A model generated the notes under the pieces. It searched no databases. It was not told the origin of the DNA and worked only from the letters and a program-made list of their open reading frames with translations. DNA of 64,000 nt. Origin: Podarcis erhardii. Its lineage: Eukaryota. The translations under genes were made by a program, and so were the position numbers. Positions 35,739-48,422 of the stretch are shown one piece after another (within the stretch, counting starts at the first letter, position 1; the number at the start of each line of letters is the position of its first letter). Location: NCBI GenBank assembly GCA_964252035.1, contig OZ176207.1. One strand, given 5' to 3'.

Positions 35739-37637
35739 CAATTGGTATAAATGCCACACAGGTATTTTATTTTAAAATTTCCTCAATTCTTAGATTAATT
35801 TCATGATTTCCTTCTGAAATATATGTGTAGTTTGTTGCTATTATTTTCTGATGTTTTTCCTTGCAAAGTTAACTTGTGTGTTTTTTGGTATATAGTTGTA
35901 ATACTTTTGAATAATCATTGTGGAATCAAACAATTAGTTAGGGTACATGTTGATTTCAATTATCCAAAATAGAGCTCAGACAGAGTATTGTGGCTTCCAC
36001 AGGTTATGTTTTCAACTACTTACACTAGAAGACTTTTATGCTGCTATCACAAGACATACCACACTGTTGAGAAGTTTACATTGTAGAGGTCTGAGATACT
36101 GAGTCAACTCCATTCCTTCTCAAGAGATCAACTAGGCATTACTTCTGGAACCACCATGACCAGCGGCCTTCTCTCTTTGCCCAATCACTCTACACAAGTA
36201 AGGCACAGTGTGTGACAGGCAGAGAACTGACACATGAAAAAATTAGCCAGAGAACATTGGAAAAACCCTACTGGATCCAGCTCAAAATTATTTTAGAACC
36301 TCAAGCTAGGGACACAGCCCATAATTTATTTGCAACCCAGCCTATTCCATCTTGCCAGGTAAGGTCATTGAGAGCCAAAACACTAATACAGAAATTGCTA
36401 GACAAAGGCTACGTACACAACATACATTTAAAGCATGTGACTTCCCCCAAAGAATTCTAAAAACTGTAGTTTCCACCCCCAAGCTACAATTCCCAGTGCC
36501 CTTAACTTTCTAACCACTACACCACATTGACTGACTGGAAAATTAGTGTTCCTTCCCTTTAAAAAAATATTCATAAAAAAGAAATACAAATCCCACTATC
36601 CTAGATTCAACAGGACAATAGTTTTTAAGGATATTATTGAGTCATTCTTTGCATCCTCCTGCACTTATGCACTACAGTGGTAAAAAGAATACAACAGTCC
36701 TAGGGAAGTAATTCGTTAATAATTGTACCGTCCCCAAGCAGAAGGGCAAGAAGAACTACCCCTAGTTGATGTTTGCGTTATTGATAAGATGGCTGATAGC
36801 TGATAGAGGCTCTAGGCCTCTGTTGTGTTTTGAATTAAAATAGACAATAAAATAATTGTCTGTTTTTTTAATATAAAAATATTAAAAATGGTAGTATATA
36901 CCATGTTTCATTAGAAAGTAGCCATATCTGCTTTTACTCCCAAGCCACTACTGCACAGCACGTACACGTAACTGCCTTGCTGCTGACCTCTCTTATTTTT
37001 TTATTTATTACTATTTTAAAATATTTATATGCCACTTGCCCCAGAAAAGTTTATATCCACCAACATTTCTCCAATAAAAATAAGGGCATCCTAAGGAAAA
37101 GCAGGACATTCCAGGATCAATTCCTGGATCAAATCAGAAACTGGGATGGCTGCTGTAAATCCCGGACTGTCCCTACAACATAGGGACACTTGGAGGGTAT
37201 GCAATTGTTGCCTACAGATCAATAAAGAGCTCAGGAATTTCATTTTTCTTTTGTTACAGCACAGCAGTGGGTGATTTTTAAAAAAGTTATGTGGGGGGGG
37301 GGAGGAAATCCCATGTTGCTTGGTTTTAGCAAAGAAATCTCCAGAGTTCTTCAGAACATTGAGGGCACTGTTGGAGACAGCCTCACATTATAAGGCCTAT
37401 CAGAGAACACAAACAAGCATTGGAAAAGCATGTGTAAAGCTGCAAGGTTTTTAAAAAACGCATGCAAGAATACACAGCAGTCAGTCACCTCTTAATTATT
37501 TTAAGGTAAGAAAGAGCAAGAGGCAAACACCTGCACACACACATGTCAATGGGATTATGGAGGAAACTGAATCCCTTTTACTTCCAACCACAAAAAGCCC
37601 GTGGAACTATTCTGCAATTTGACAGGCTTGATCCATT

Positions 37638-37664
37638 GGGGGTGGGGTGGGGTGGGGTGGGGGG
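37638..37664 (+). repeat. (GGGGT)n tract
   Basis: G5-T-G4-T-G4-T-G4-T-G6. Confidence 0.9.
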
Positions 37665-38307
37665 CTCCTATGCCTGTAAATTTCATCCACCTTGTCCAAA
37701 AAAAGGAAAGTTGTAGCCATTTTTAGATTTTCTGTTATAGTGAAGGCGGAAGAGAGAGGCTTGTTTTATACAGAGCAGCTCCAACCCAAATTACAGACTG
37801 AATCAGAGAGAACAGAGCACGACTCAAAAACAGACCAGAATTTTCAAAAATGCCAAGATACATACTTGGCGTATCATGGAGGCCATGCACACCCCTCTTA
37901 CCTACCACCTCAAAGGCTCAGACATCCAGCCCAGATCTCACAGATTTAACTGGTGAGAATGGGCACAGATGTTGTCATTGGTAGATGAATCAATTAAGGC
38001 TATAGTCCTATGCACATTTCCTGGGAGTACGCCCCATCCACATGGTGGAACTTTCTGTTATTGCTATTGAACAAACGTGTTTAGGATTACACTGCAAGGA
38101 ATGTTAATTTAGCTGAGAAGAGCAGTTTTAATGCAAGATAAAATTTTAGCCAAGAGCTATAGGCATCCTCTTTTTATTTTATGAGGCTCTTTTAGTTTTG
38201 GTGTGATGCTGTAATAGAAAATGAAGAAGACACAACTGTAAATGGATTTGCCTTCTAACACTTTTGTCAGTCACCCTGAGTCCCTGTCAGGGAAAAAGGT
38301 GGGATAT

Positions 38308-38343
<36 letters not shown>
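38308..38343. repeat. (AAC)12 microsatellite
   Basis: Read directly; sits at the end of a short L2-like tail. Confidence 0.95.
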
Positions 38344-38344
<1 letters not shown>

Positions 38345-38799
38345 CCCAGTGGTAGGTGCTGTTTATTAAATTGTAAGTTGACATATATTTGTAAGTTATT
38401 GTAAGTTACCGTATACTTTCTTCTTGATCTCAATCAGGCATTTATATTGAGCTTTTTCTTTTAAATGTGGTTGTGATTGTATTTTAATTAGGTATATTCC
38501 AAAGTGATTCCTTTTTTACTTCACGTACACCAAATATAAATTCATGTATACTTTTACGTTTACTTTATTATCAGTGGCAAGGAAGTTGGTTAAAGGTGGC
38601 TTAAGGAAACTGGAAGATTTTATTCAGCGAGGGTATATTCACAAAAATATATAGACAGGAGTATAAACTAGAGAGAGATTATGGGCCTCTAATAGTGCAG
38701 TCCTTTACATGGCTACCCAGAAGTAATCCCTATGTAGTTTGATTGGACTTATTCCCAGGTAAGTGAATTTGGCGTGTAGTCTCTGGTGTTTCCTTAAAT

Positions 38800-39460
38800 G
38801 GTCCAGTTCTGTGTGTGTTTGAAAAACTATATTCAAAAATATTTCTGCAATCAAATGAGAAAATCCCTCCTGTTGGTTCTGCTGGATCCCTTTGCAGCTT
38901 AGGCACTGTTGACCATGGTATCCTTCAGGACTGCCTGGCTGTGATGAGACTGGAAGGCATTGTTTTACAGTAGTTCTGTTTCTTCTTAGAGGGACAGTTT
39001 CAGAACATGGTGCTGGAGGACTCCTGTTTAAGGCTTTGGCCAATGGCCTATAGTGTGTCTGCCAAAATTCCACATTGTTTCCTCACATTTCATGAAACTG
39101 CTGGGTCAGGTGTCCAGGAGTTTGGGGGTTCATTATCACCAATATGCTGATGCCACCCAACTCTATTTCTTTTTTTCCATTTAAATCCAAGGAAACTGCC
39201 TTCAGAATTAGTGTCTGATATTAGTAATGGACTGGAAGATGGTCACAAACTGTAGATTCAGCCAGAGAAGCTCCTGGCCAATAGAAAGGCAAGCTGGAGA
39301 AATGGGGTGGACCTGGTTGTCTGAAACATTATTTTCTTCCATATTAGCCTGCATACATTTTAAGATCTTCAAGAGAGGGCTTTTTTTCTGCCTCACCAAC
39401 ATCTGAAGCACATTGTGTAGAAACCCAAAGGATGTACCCAGTGGCTATTCCCAGGCTACC
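38800..39460 (+). mobile_element. Old L2 RT fragment
   Basis: LVLLDP..TVDHGILQDCL..GVHYHQYADATQLYF, with stops and frameshifts. Confidence 0.8.
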
Positions 39461-40644
39461 TCTTTCAGTGACACATTCACGATTTCCTGGAATATACCCA
39501 TCATATCTTGATGGGAAAATATTATAAGTGAGAAAGAGCAAAAATTGTCGAGTCACACTATTTTTGTTGCTGTTGCATGCATGTTCGTGTGCATTTTATC
39601 ACTTTACCTTTGTGAGCCACCCTAAAAACTGTGCTAATGGGTGGTCAATATAAATACACTAAATGACTAAATTAAAACCCCAAGCAACCTTTCAGCATCC
39701 TTGAACTATAATAAATGGAACACATCTACACAATATCGGCAAGACCATAGAACAACGGGTAATTTACTAAACTCAACACCACAGCCATATCAGTACAAAC
39801 ATGAGCAATTGTATCCTTGAGGTGCTTAGCAAAAATATCGCCAGAGGTTGCTGAGGCACCATAAGATCTGTCTGAAAACCCACATGAAGCAGCTCTCTCA
39901 CCACCTAAACAGATGTGCTGGACAGAGATGTGCATGGTGATGGGAAAATAATTTCTTTGTTACTATATCTACCACAGAGTAAGGTCCAAAATGAACTCCA
40001 GAAAAATGAAGGACCTAAATGGACTTTAGGTAGTGGGAGATGGCACAAACTGACCAGGGATTTGACAGAACCATTTGCCATGTCATGAGGAAAGTCAGCA
40101 AAAATGAAATAGAAACCATTCAGAGCCTCCTCTTTCTGAAGGTGGATCATCTAAACTTGTCCTTCATTCCTGTGTAGGTTTGAGGAATGGTTTGAGGTTT
40201 TGTTAATGCTTGATACTTGGCCACAACTAATGTGCTACACTGTTCTTTATTTTAATTCAAAAACCAAATAACCAATATTAAACACAGTCAAGCACTGGTT
40301 GTCCAAATACTCTGAACAGAAAGAGAAGCATGTTTCAGGGGTATGCTGGCGCATATTCTTGCTTCCAACAACAGCAAAAACACTGGCTGTTTTTGCATCC
40401 AAAAGATCACCTTCACAGGTATAACTGGAATCAGGCCAATGACATTTGCCTATAAAATAAGAATAGCACTACCTTTACCCCTGCAACATTCTCATTAAAG
40501 TCTACCAAAAATCATAAGTGTGAATCAAAGTAATATTTTAATTATTGAAAAGTCAAATACCCAACCATGTCACACATGCCAAAACAGAATAGGTTTTTCA
40601 TAGTAGTTTTTTCACTGATAATAGTATCAATTCTTGTAACTCAC

Positions 40645-43014
40645 CTGCTCAGATGAATTTGGAACTGGTTCCTTCACAACTCCCACTTGCCCATTTTCCA
40701 CACAGGCCGGAATGCTGGGGCTGAAGACCATGAGGTCACTCTTGGCACCAGCCTCCCCACCCATGCCCGCCAGAAGATGGCTGTGACGATTTGAATATGA
40801 CCAGCTGCCAACTTCACTGGCACATACCAGCGTGGCTGTCCCAGGACCATACACCACAGCCTCCTTGGCCTGGCAACGGCATCGCAGCGCCATGTATACT
40901 ATGATCGCCAGCAGGAACAAGCTGGACACAGAGCAAATGGCAATGATCAGGTAGACGTTGACATTTTCCACCTGGGGCTTTGGGCTCCCTCCCTTCCTTG
41001 AAAGGTGAGGGTCGCCATGGACAGCCTGGGAATTCATCACCATGGACACACTCAAAGTAGCTGTGGATGACAAAGCTGGCTTGCCATGGTCCTTCACTAG
41101 AACGAGAAGTCTTTGGCTGTAGCTGCCCTCTGCGTCATCCAGGGAACGTGCGGCGCTGATCTCCCCACTGTATAATCCCACACGCCAAGGGCTGCTAATT
41201 GCCTCGTGCATCTCATAGCGCAGCCATGCATTGTAGCCAGAGTCAGCATCCATGGCATGGATCTTGCCCACCACCTGTCCAGCAGCCACAGGAACAGTCA
41301 AAGAGATGGGAATCACTTCTGTCCCATACACTACAGGTGTGTTATCATTCTCATCCACCACAAAGACTTGCACCGTCACATTGCCACACAGGGAGGGCAG
41401 CCCAGCATCCTTGGCCCTCACTTGGAACTCCAGCAGCTTCACCTCCTCATAGTCCAAGGGTTGCAAGGCATAGAGCTTCCCACTCTCTGAATGAACAGAG
41501 ATGTAGCTTGACAGGGGCCAGAGCTTCTCGTCCAGCCAGTAGCTGATCAGGCTGTTCTCAGCCACATCTGGGTCCGAGGCAGACACCGTGAAGATGTGAG
41601 CACCTGGTGGGTTGTTCTCCTTCACAAAGACCGTGTAGGAAGACTGAGGAAAAGCAGGAGCATTGTCATTCACATCACTGATTGGCACCACCAAGGTGCT
41701 GCTGGCTGACAGTGATGGAGTCCCTTGATCCTGGGCAGTCACTACCAGCCTATACTCAGCCTCTTGTTCCCTATCCAGAGGCTGAGCTAGCAACAGTGAA
41801 TGATAATTCTTGAAGGTGGAAAGTAGCTTGAAGGGGGTTCCATGTGGCCATAAGGAAGTGCTCACTTGTCCATTGGCCTCAATATCCCTGTCTGATATGC
41901 TTATCAGGGCCACCACCATCCCCAGAGGGGAGTCCTCTGGAACAGGTACCAGCAGAGACATCACTGAAATTTCAGGTGCATTATCATTTACATCTAGAAC
42001 CTCAATCAGAACTTTGCAATGCCCTGACAAGGGGGGATTCCCCGTGTCTTTAGCCTCAACTTGTATTTCGTAAAAATTCTTGTCTTCAAAATCCAGATTT
42101 CCTTTCACGTGAATCTCACCAGTCTTTTGATCAAGTACGAACTTTTCTTTTCCATTTGCTGGAGAAAAAGTGCTTGATGTATATGTGATCTCCTTATTTG
42201 TGCCCTCATCTAAATCGGTAGCATTTAGCTTAATTACTAATAGCCCATTCTCTGAGTTTTCTAATAAATGGACTTTATAAACTGACTGGTTAAATACAGG
42301 AGGATTGTCATTTGCGTCTAGCACTTTGATTATCAACTGGACTGTGCCAGTGAGCTGGGGCTGGCCTCCATCAACTGCTGTGAGTAAAAGTTGGTGAGCT
42401 GCACATTCTTCTCTATCAAGAGGTTTGTTTAAAACAAGAAATAAAGATGCACCACGTTCATGATTTTCTATTGTCTCTAGACTGAAATGTGGATTTGTAC
42501 TAAGTCTGTAGCTAAGGAGCGAGTTTGCACTGATGTCTGCATCAGAGGCTCCCTCTAGAGGAAAACGCGAATCACGAGAGCTAGACTCTGCAATAGTAAA
42601 TTGCTTTTCTGTTACAGGGAAAATGGGGGCATTGTCATTTATGTCGGTGATCTCCACTTCCACGTGGAAAACCTTCAGAGGTTTATCTACAAGGGCCTCC
42701 AGGTGAATAACACACACAGCACTCCTGTCACACAACTCCTCCCTGTCTATCCGGGAATTCACAAATAAAATCCCATTCTGAACATTTACCTCAAAATACT
42801 CCTCCTGTCCTTTGGACACCATTCGGAACAGCCGAGGCACCAGCTCCTCCACCTCCAGCCCCAGGTCCTGGGCGATGCGGCCCACAAAGGTGCCATGCTG
42901 GGATTCCTCTGGCACAGAATAATGGAGCTGGCCGCTCCCCATCAACCAGGATGTGTGGAGAAGAACCAGCTGCAGTAGACATCTCTTTCCAGAATTTTTC
43001 TTCCATGCAAGCAT
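40645..43014 (-). CDS. PCDHA: Protocadherin alpha alternate variable exon (790 codons)
   Basis: The first ATG is at 43014 (the ORF-track start at 43098 is TTG); MLAWKK..GSG|QLHYS. EC1-6, TM and the alpha tail are intact. The donor CAG|GTGAGT at 40645/40644 is phase 0. Confidence 0.95.
42547..42561 (-). promoter_or_regulatory. Exonic CTCF site (eCBS)
   Basis: CCTCTAGAGGGAGCC within the FPLEGA codons, about 690 bp from the pCBS. Confidence 0.7.
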
Positions 43015-43235
43015 GACAAATTCAGATACAAATCCCAGCAATGTCTTGCCTTTTTTGAGGAAGTGATGAGCAGAGTCCAAGACGTTCCTCCAAACCAATG
43101 GCTAAGAGATCAGTTGACTCTGGTATTGCAGCTAATGTTTGATGTCTCTGCTGTGTATTTGACAGACAGGATATTCAGCACATTTGAGGGAGGAGCTCTG
43201 AATTTTCAGTCTTCTTAAAAAACTCCTTAAACAAC

Positions 43236-43250
43236 AGTGACACCTTGTGA
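43236..43250 (-). promoter_or_regulatory. CSE/pCBS, CpG-less variant
   Basis: TCACAAGGTGTCACT, 222 bp upstream of ATG 43014; positional homologue of 35724-35738. Confidence 0.75.
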
Positions 43251-44687
43251 CTGAGTTTTGAACTGGAGAATCAGACTATTTATTACCTTTTATGTTTTCA
43301 AGTAAATGTTTTTTAATAATTCTGTGCCAATACATACTATTTGATACAGTTTTACTTCCAAGTAAATTCCTTAGCCTCCATTTGTTTTTCTATTCAAGTT
43401 TCATTTATTTTATTATATTCCATTAACTCAGCTCCTTTTTGGAATCTTTCCCCCCTTTATGTCAGTTATGCATCATCACTGTTTTCATTCTTCATCTGCA
43501 CACTCTTAGGTGCCATATGTACTTCCAGAAGGAAAAACTTCCATCTTCACATTCACATGCCAAGATTCACATGGCATTCCCTGGTAAAACTGCTGTGAAC
43601 TGTCATGTCCTTTTTACTTTCCTTTTCTGGTAGAATTTTTTTTTGGGGGGGGGGCGGGGTTTGAAATGTTATCAGCTTCCCTTTTTCCAGCTCCATTGTT
43701 AGGGGTGTCTCTCACATGAACAATGTTTGCCCCTACACAAACACACTGGGCATATGAAATTGCTTTATACTGAATCAGACCATTGGCCATCCAGTCTATC
43801 ATGAGTGGCTCTGATTGGCAGAACGTCTTCAGGGTCTGCAGAATAATTCATTCTCATCCACTTCTGTCTGGAATCGAGTGGGATTTTGTGCACACATCTG
43901 TATAAAGCATGAGCCTTCCAAGGATATTTGCTAGCTTCTATGTTTCTTCCTTCCTCTGCTTGGTATGCAATTTGTTGTTAATTTTGTTGTCAACAAGTGA
44001 AAATGGGTTGTGAATAAAAGCTGCCCCCCCACCTGCCCCAGGAAAACTGGTTCTTGGATGAGTGGCTACTTCTTTCCTTCTGTGCTTGCCTCTTTCCATG
44101 TTCGCCATTGCTTAGAGGGGAGTCTAATGTTTTTATTGAAATTCAAAGGATTTTCTGGGACCAAGAAATACTGTTGTAATGGATTTCAGATTATGTAACA
44201 CCAAAGGGCATAACTGGAATATGGAACAATAGATGGCTGATGGTAAAGAGCTGCAACATGGGATTATAAAAAAAAATACCAGTAAATCAAAATGGGATAG
44301 AATATCACCTCCTTTTTAGCCAAGAGGAAGACATGAGGATGCCCAGTGTCAGGCTGCTGAATTAGATCTCCTAATAGTTAATTCTTGAGAAGTTTTGAAC
44401 ATGGCAATTCTGATCCATTAGAGACTTCTGTTGCAAGTACTTTTGATATCTCTGAGGTTTATCAGTCCATGAATTCAAGTTTCACATTAGCATCCATTTT
44501 ATATTCTCTGATCAGGATAATGGCAACAACATCTGGAACGTGTGGGACTAGAGAAAAACTTTTGATAATCGGGCAGTCCTTTTCTGTTAGCCCTTAGGGC
44601 TTCCTGTTTAGCGCAAAGACAAAGGTTCGGGCTGCTTAGGCTGGAATGGTTCCAGACATACTATACCTTTCCATAATAAGCTTCTAG

Positions 44688-45140
44688 ATAAGAACAGATC
44701 AGATCAAAGGCCCACCTAGTTGAGCATCCAGTTCGCATGGTGACCAACCAAATACCTAAGGGAAATATATACCAGGATATGAACACAACAGTGGTCTTCT
44801 GCTTGTGTTTCCCAGAGGCAGCACATAGTCCTCGTGAGTATTAGCCCCTGATTTGCTGAATCGGCTCTTCAAGCTGTCCAAGTTGATACCCATCAGCACA
44901 TTGTGTGGTGGTGAATCCCAGAGTTTAAAATAGGCAGTGTGTGCTTCCTTTTGTTTATCCTGAATTTCCAATTATTCGGCTTCATTAGATGACTCCAGGC
45001 TCTAGTATTATGAGAAAGGGAGAAAAGGGTCTCCTTCTCCACACCAGGCATGATTTTGTACACTTCATGCCTCTTCAGACAGAGGAATTCATGAGGTTTG
45101 GAGGGATTTCTCCTCCACATACTTTGCATGTTTTAAAATA
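44688..45140 (-). mobile_element. Old CR1 3' fragment
   Basis: ataagaacagatcagatcaaaggcccacctag..; ttcaagctgtccaagttg..ggtggtgaatcccagagttt..ctccttctccacaccagg resemble the reverse CR1 3' end. Confidence 0.6.
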
Positions 45141-46234
45141 CTGCAAATACCCTACACAGCACTTCAAAGAATTGTGACCATGGTCTGGCATGCATATTTT
45201 AAGATGACACCAAATGCAGAATGTGAAAGAGATGGATTTGCAAGTCGTGTCTCAACATAGCCTGTCTCTTTATTACTCACTAAATTCTAATTCTGCCTAT
45301 GGCAAGAAAATAAACTCACCTTTAGTCTCACCTCCCAGACCCTTCCCTGCATTCATAAAATGAGTTCAAGGTGTTTCAGAAGAAATTTGCTTTCTCAACC
45401 ACCACCTCTGTACTAGGGCCTGGGTTGTCTTTACAGGTGATTTTTAAAAATCCAGCCTAATTTGCAATACACAGGAGATGAAAAAGCATGCACACATACC
45501 CAAAAAAATCTTCATTTAAATAAATAAAAAGTAGTCTATGTCATAAATTCCTCATAAATTAATTTCCGTGCCAAATGGTGCTCAAATTTAGGGTTCCATT
45601 TCATACATTTCCCCCTAGTTAAAACCACTTGTTCTGGATTAAACTAGAAAAAAATGCTGTACTTTATAGAGTTAAGCCTAAAGAATACAAAAAGAGAGGC
45701 TGGTGATCACTTCAATAGGGGCCACATTACATGAGGCTGCTTCTGAAAGGGAAGTGTGAAGTGGTCATTCCCAACTCTTCAGTTATAATAACACAGCATT
45801 CACATAGCATTTCAAACTAAAACTGTTTCATGAATATAATCACGCTACAATTGATGGAAGTAGGACTTCATCTCAAGGCCTCCACCTGGATTCAAGGCTG
45901 ACATGACGTCATGGTAGGCATTGTCTCATACATGATTTATTTTTTAAAGAACACTAAGGTGCTTTGTTCATCTATAGATATCCCAATTCCCCAATCAATT
46001 CTATACCTTTAGTCATATTTAAGCTTCCAATATGGAGTTTTCCTTTCATAAGGTTCAAGAGAAATACTCGCATTCTTCTCATGTCAGCCATGTGTTGACC
46101 AGATGATCTTGGAAAACCCACTGCCACCTAGCCCAGAACATTGCACTCTGAACAAGCCAAGTGGGCCTTTGGGGTTGCACACAATATGCAATGTAAACGG
46201 TTTTAATGCTTCTTTCAATGTGTTGCTTTTTATT

Positions 46235-47564
46235 ATAATAATAATTTATTATTTGTACCCCGCCCATCTGGCTGGGTTTCCCCAGCCACTCTGGGCGGCT
46301 TCCAACAGAGATGAAAAATACACTAAAATGTCACGTATTAAAAACTTCCCTGAACAGGGCTGCCTTCAGATGTCTTCTGAATGTAAGGTAATTGTTTATC
46401 ATTTTGACATCTGATGGGAGGGCATTCCACAGGGCGGGCGCCACTACCGAGAAGGCCCTCTGCCTGGTTTCCTGTAACTTGGCCTCTCGCAGTGAGGGAA
46501 CCGCCAGAAGGCCCTCGGAGCTGGACCTCAGTGTCCGGGCAGAACGATGGGGGAGGAGACGCTCCTTCAGATATACTGGACCGAGGCCATTTAGGGCTTT
46601 AAAGGTCAGCACCAACACTTTGAATTGTGCTCGGAAACGTACTGGGAGCCAATGTAGGTCTTTCAAGACCGGTGTTATATGGTCTCGGCGCCGCTCCCAG
46701 TCATCAGTCTAGCTGCCGCATTCTGGATTAGTTGTAGTTTCCGGGTCACCTTCAAAGGTAGCCCCACGTAGAGCGCATTGCAGTAGTCCAAGCGGGAGAT
46801 AACCAGAGCATGTACCACTCTGGCGAGACAGTCTGCAGGCAGATAGGGTCTCAGCCTACGTACCAGATGGAGCTGGTAAACAGCTGCCCTGGATACAGAT
46901 TTGACCTGTGCCTCCATGGACAGCTGTGAGTCCAAAATGACTCCCAGGCTGCGCACCTGGTCCTTCAGGGGCACAGTTACCCCATTCAGGACCAGGGAAT
47001 CCTCCACACCTGCCCGCCTCCTGTCCCCCAAAAACAGTACTTTCGTCTTGTCAGGATTCAACCTCAATCTGTTAGCCGCCATCCATCCTCCAACCGCTTC
47101 CAGACACTCACACAGGACCTTCACCGCCTTCACTGGTTCTGATTTAAAAGAGAGGTAGAGCTGGGTATCATCTGCATACTGATGAACACCCAGCCCAAAC
47201 CTCCTGATGATCCCTCCCAGCGGCTGCATGTAGATGTTGAAAAGCATGGGGGAGAGGACAGAACCCTGAGGCACCCCACAAGTGAGAGCCCAGGGGTCTG
47301 AACACTCATCCCCCACCACCACTTTCTGAACACGGCCCAGGAGGAAGGAGCGGAACCACTGTATGACAGTGCCCCCAGCTCCCAGCCCCTCAAGACGGTC
47401 CAGAAGGATGTTATGGTCGATGGTATCAAATGCCGCTGAGAGATCCAGCAGAACTAGGAAACAGCTCTCACCTTTGTCCCTAGCCCGCCGGAGATCATCA
47501 ACCAGTGCGACCAAGGCAGTTTCAGTCCCATGATGAGGCCTGAATCCCGACTGGAAGGGATCCA
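46235..47564 (-). mobile_element. Young 5'-truncated L2 LINE (RT domain and 3' UTR)
   Basis: The ORF contains DLSAAFDT, GVPQGSVLSP and QYADD. A single 1-bp deletion near 46690 separates it from LKDLHWLPVRFR... It has a TAA-rich tail and a candidate TSD TTTTATT at 46228-46234 and 47565-47571. Confidence 0.95.
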
Positions 47565-48335
47565 TTTTATTGATGTATTGTAATATATTTTTGTTGTATT
47601 GTGATTTTAAATTGCTGCAAGCTATTCTGACGGGTGCATGGGCGGTAGAAGGACAATATAGGTTATTTTATACAGTTAAATGTATATGTTTTATTTTATC
47701 TTCTATGCATTGAAAGTTTCATTTACTTGATTTCTCTTTATGGACTATCTAGCGAATGACATCTATTTGTGGGTGTTTGGTTGCTGTTGTTTTTAAATGT
47801 ACACATACTTGTTTTGATAAGTAGATTATCCATGAATGAATTCCACAAAAGCAAGCTACTCCATGACTGGGCTTTGGGAGAATGGTAGACTGCATTGAAG
47901 GAAAAGGGTGGGTGGGTGTGAACTGTAAGCCAGGACAATTAAAGCTTTTAAGAGTTGGGAGATTACGCGTAGAGCAACCAGTTCTGTGTGGATGCCTTGT
48001 AAAGTTAGGAATACAGCAGCAGTGGCTTGTGCAGGGGGTAGGTTTTCAGTGAGCTAGGAGGTTCCCTGACCTCATTGTTGTCCTACTCCATCCCAGGGCC
48101 TCTAGGAAGAGCCACTGTCACTCCACCCCTCATTTACAAAGGTTGGAATAAACACCCCAAGGCTTCCATGCCTTGCTGGAAAGCCCCTTGCTGAATCAAG
48201 GCATGGGTTTCCACCTCTCTTTCTATGCATATTAAAAAAGAGTGACTCTAATTCTGTGTGCTTCTTCTAGAAGGTAGATGCCACTGAAAACAGTGGAATC
48301 TGAGAAGACCTGGGAAGACATTTACTGTAAATATC

Positions 48336-48422
48336 AGAAAGAAAGAAAGAAAGACAGAAAGAAAGAAAGGAAGGAAGGAAGGAAGGAAGGAAGGAAGGAA
48401 GGAAGGAAGGAGGAAGGAAGAG
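48336..48422. repeat. (GAAA)n(GGAA)n purine tract
   Basis: About 87 bp, almost all purine on the plus strand. Confidence 0.95.

Noticed and set aside
46331-47565. 296-aa RT ORF as a domesticated or novel reverse-transcriptase gene
   Set aside because: It is 5'-truncated and frameshifted, with an L2 3' tail and TSD, so it is an ordinary dead-on-arrival copy.
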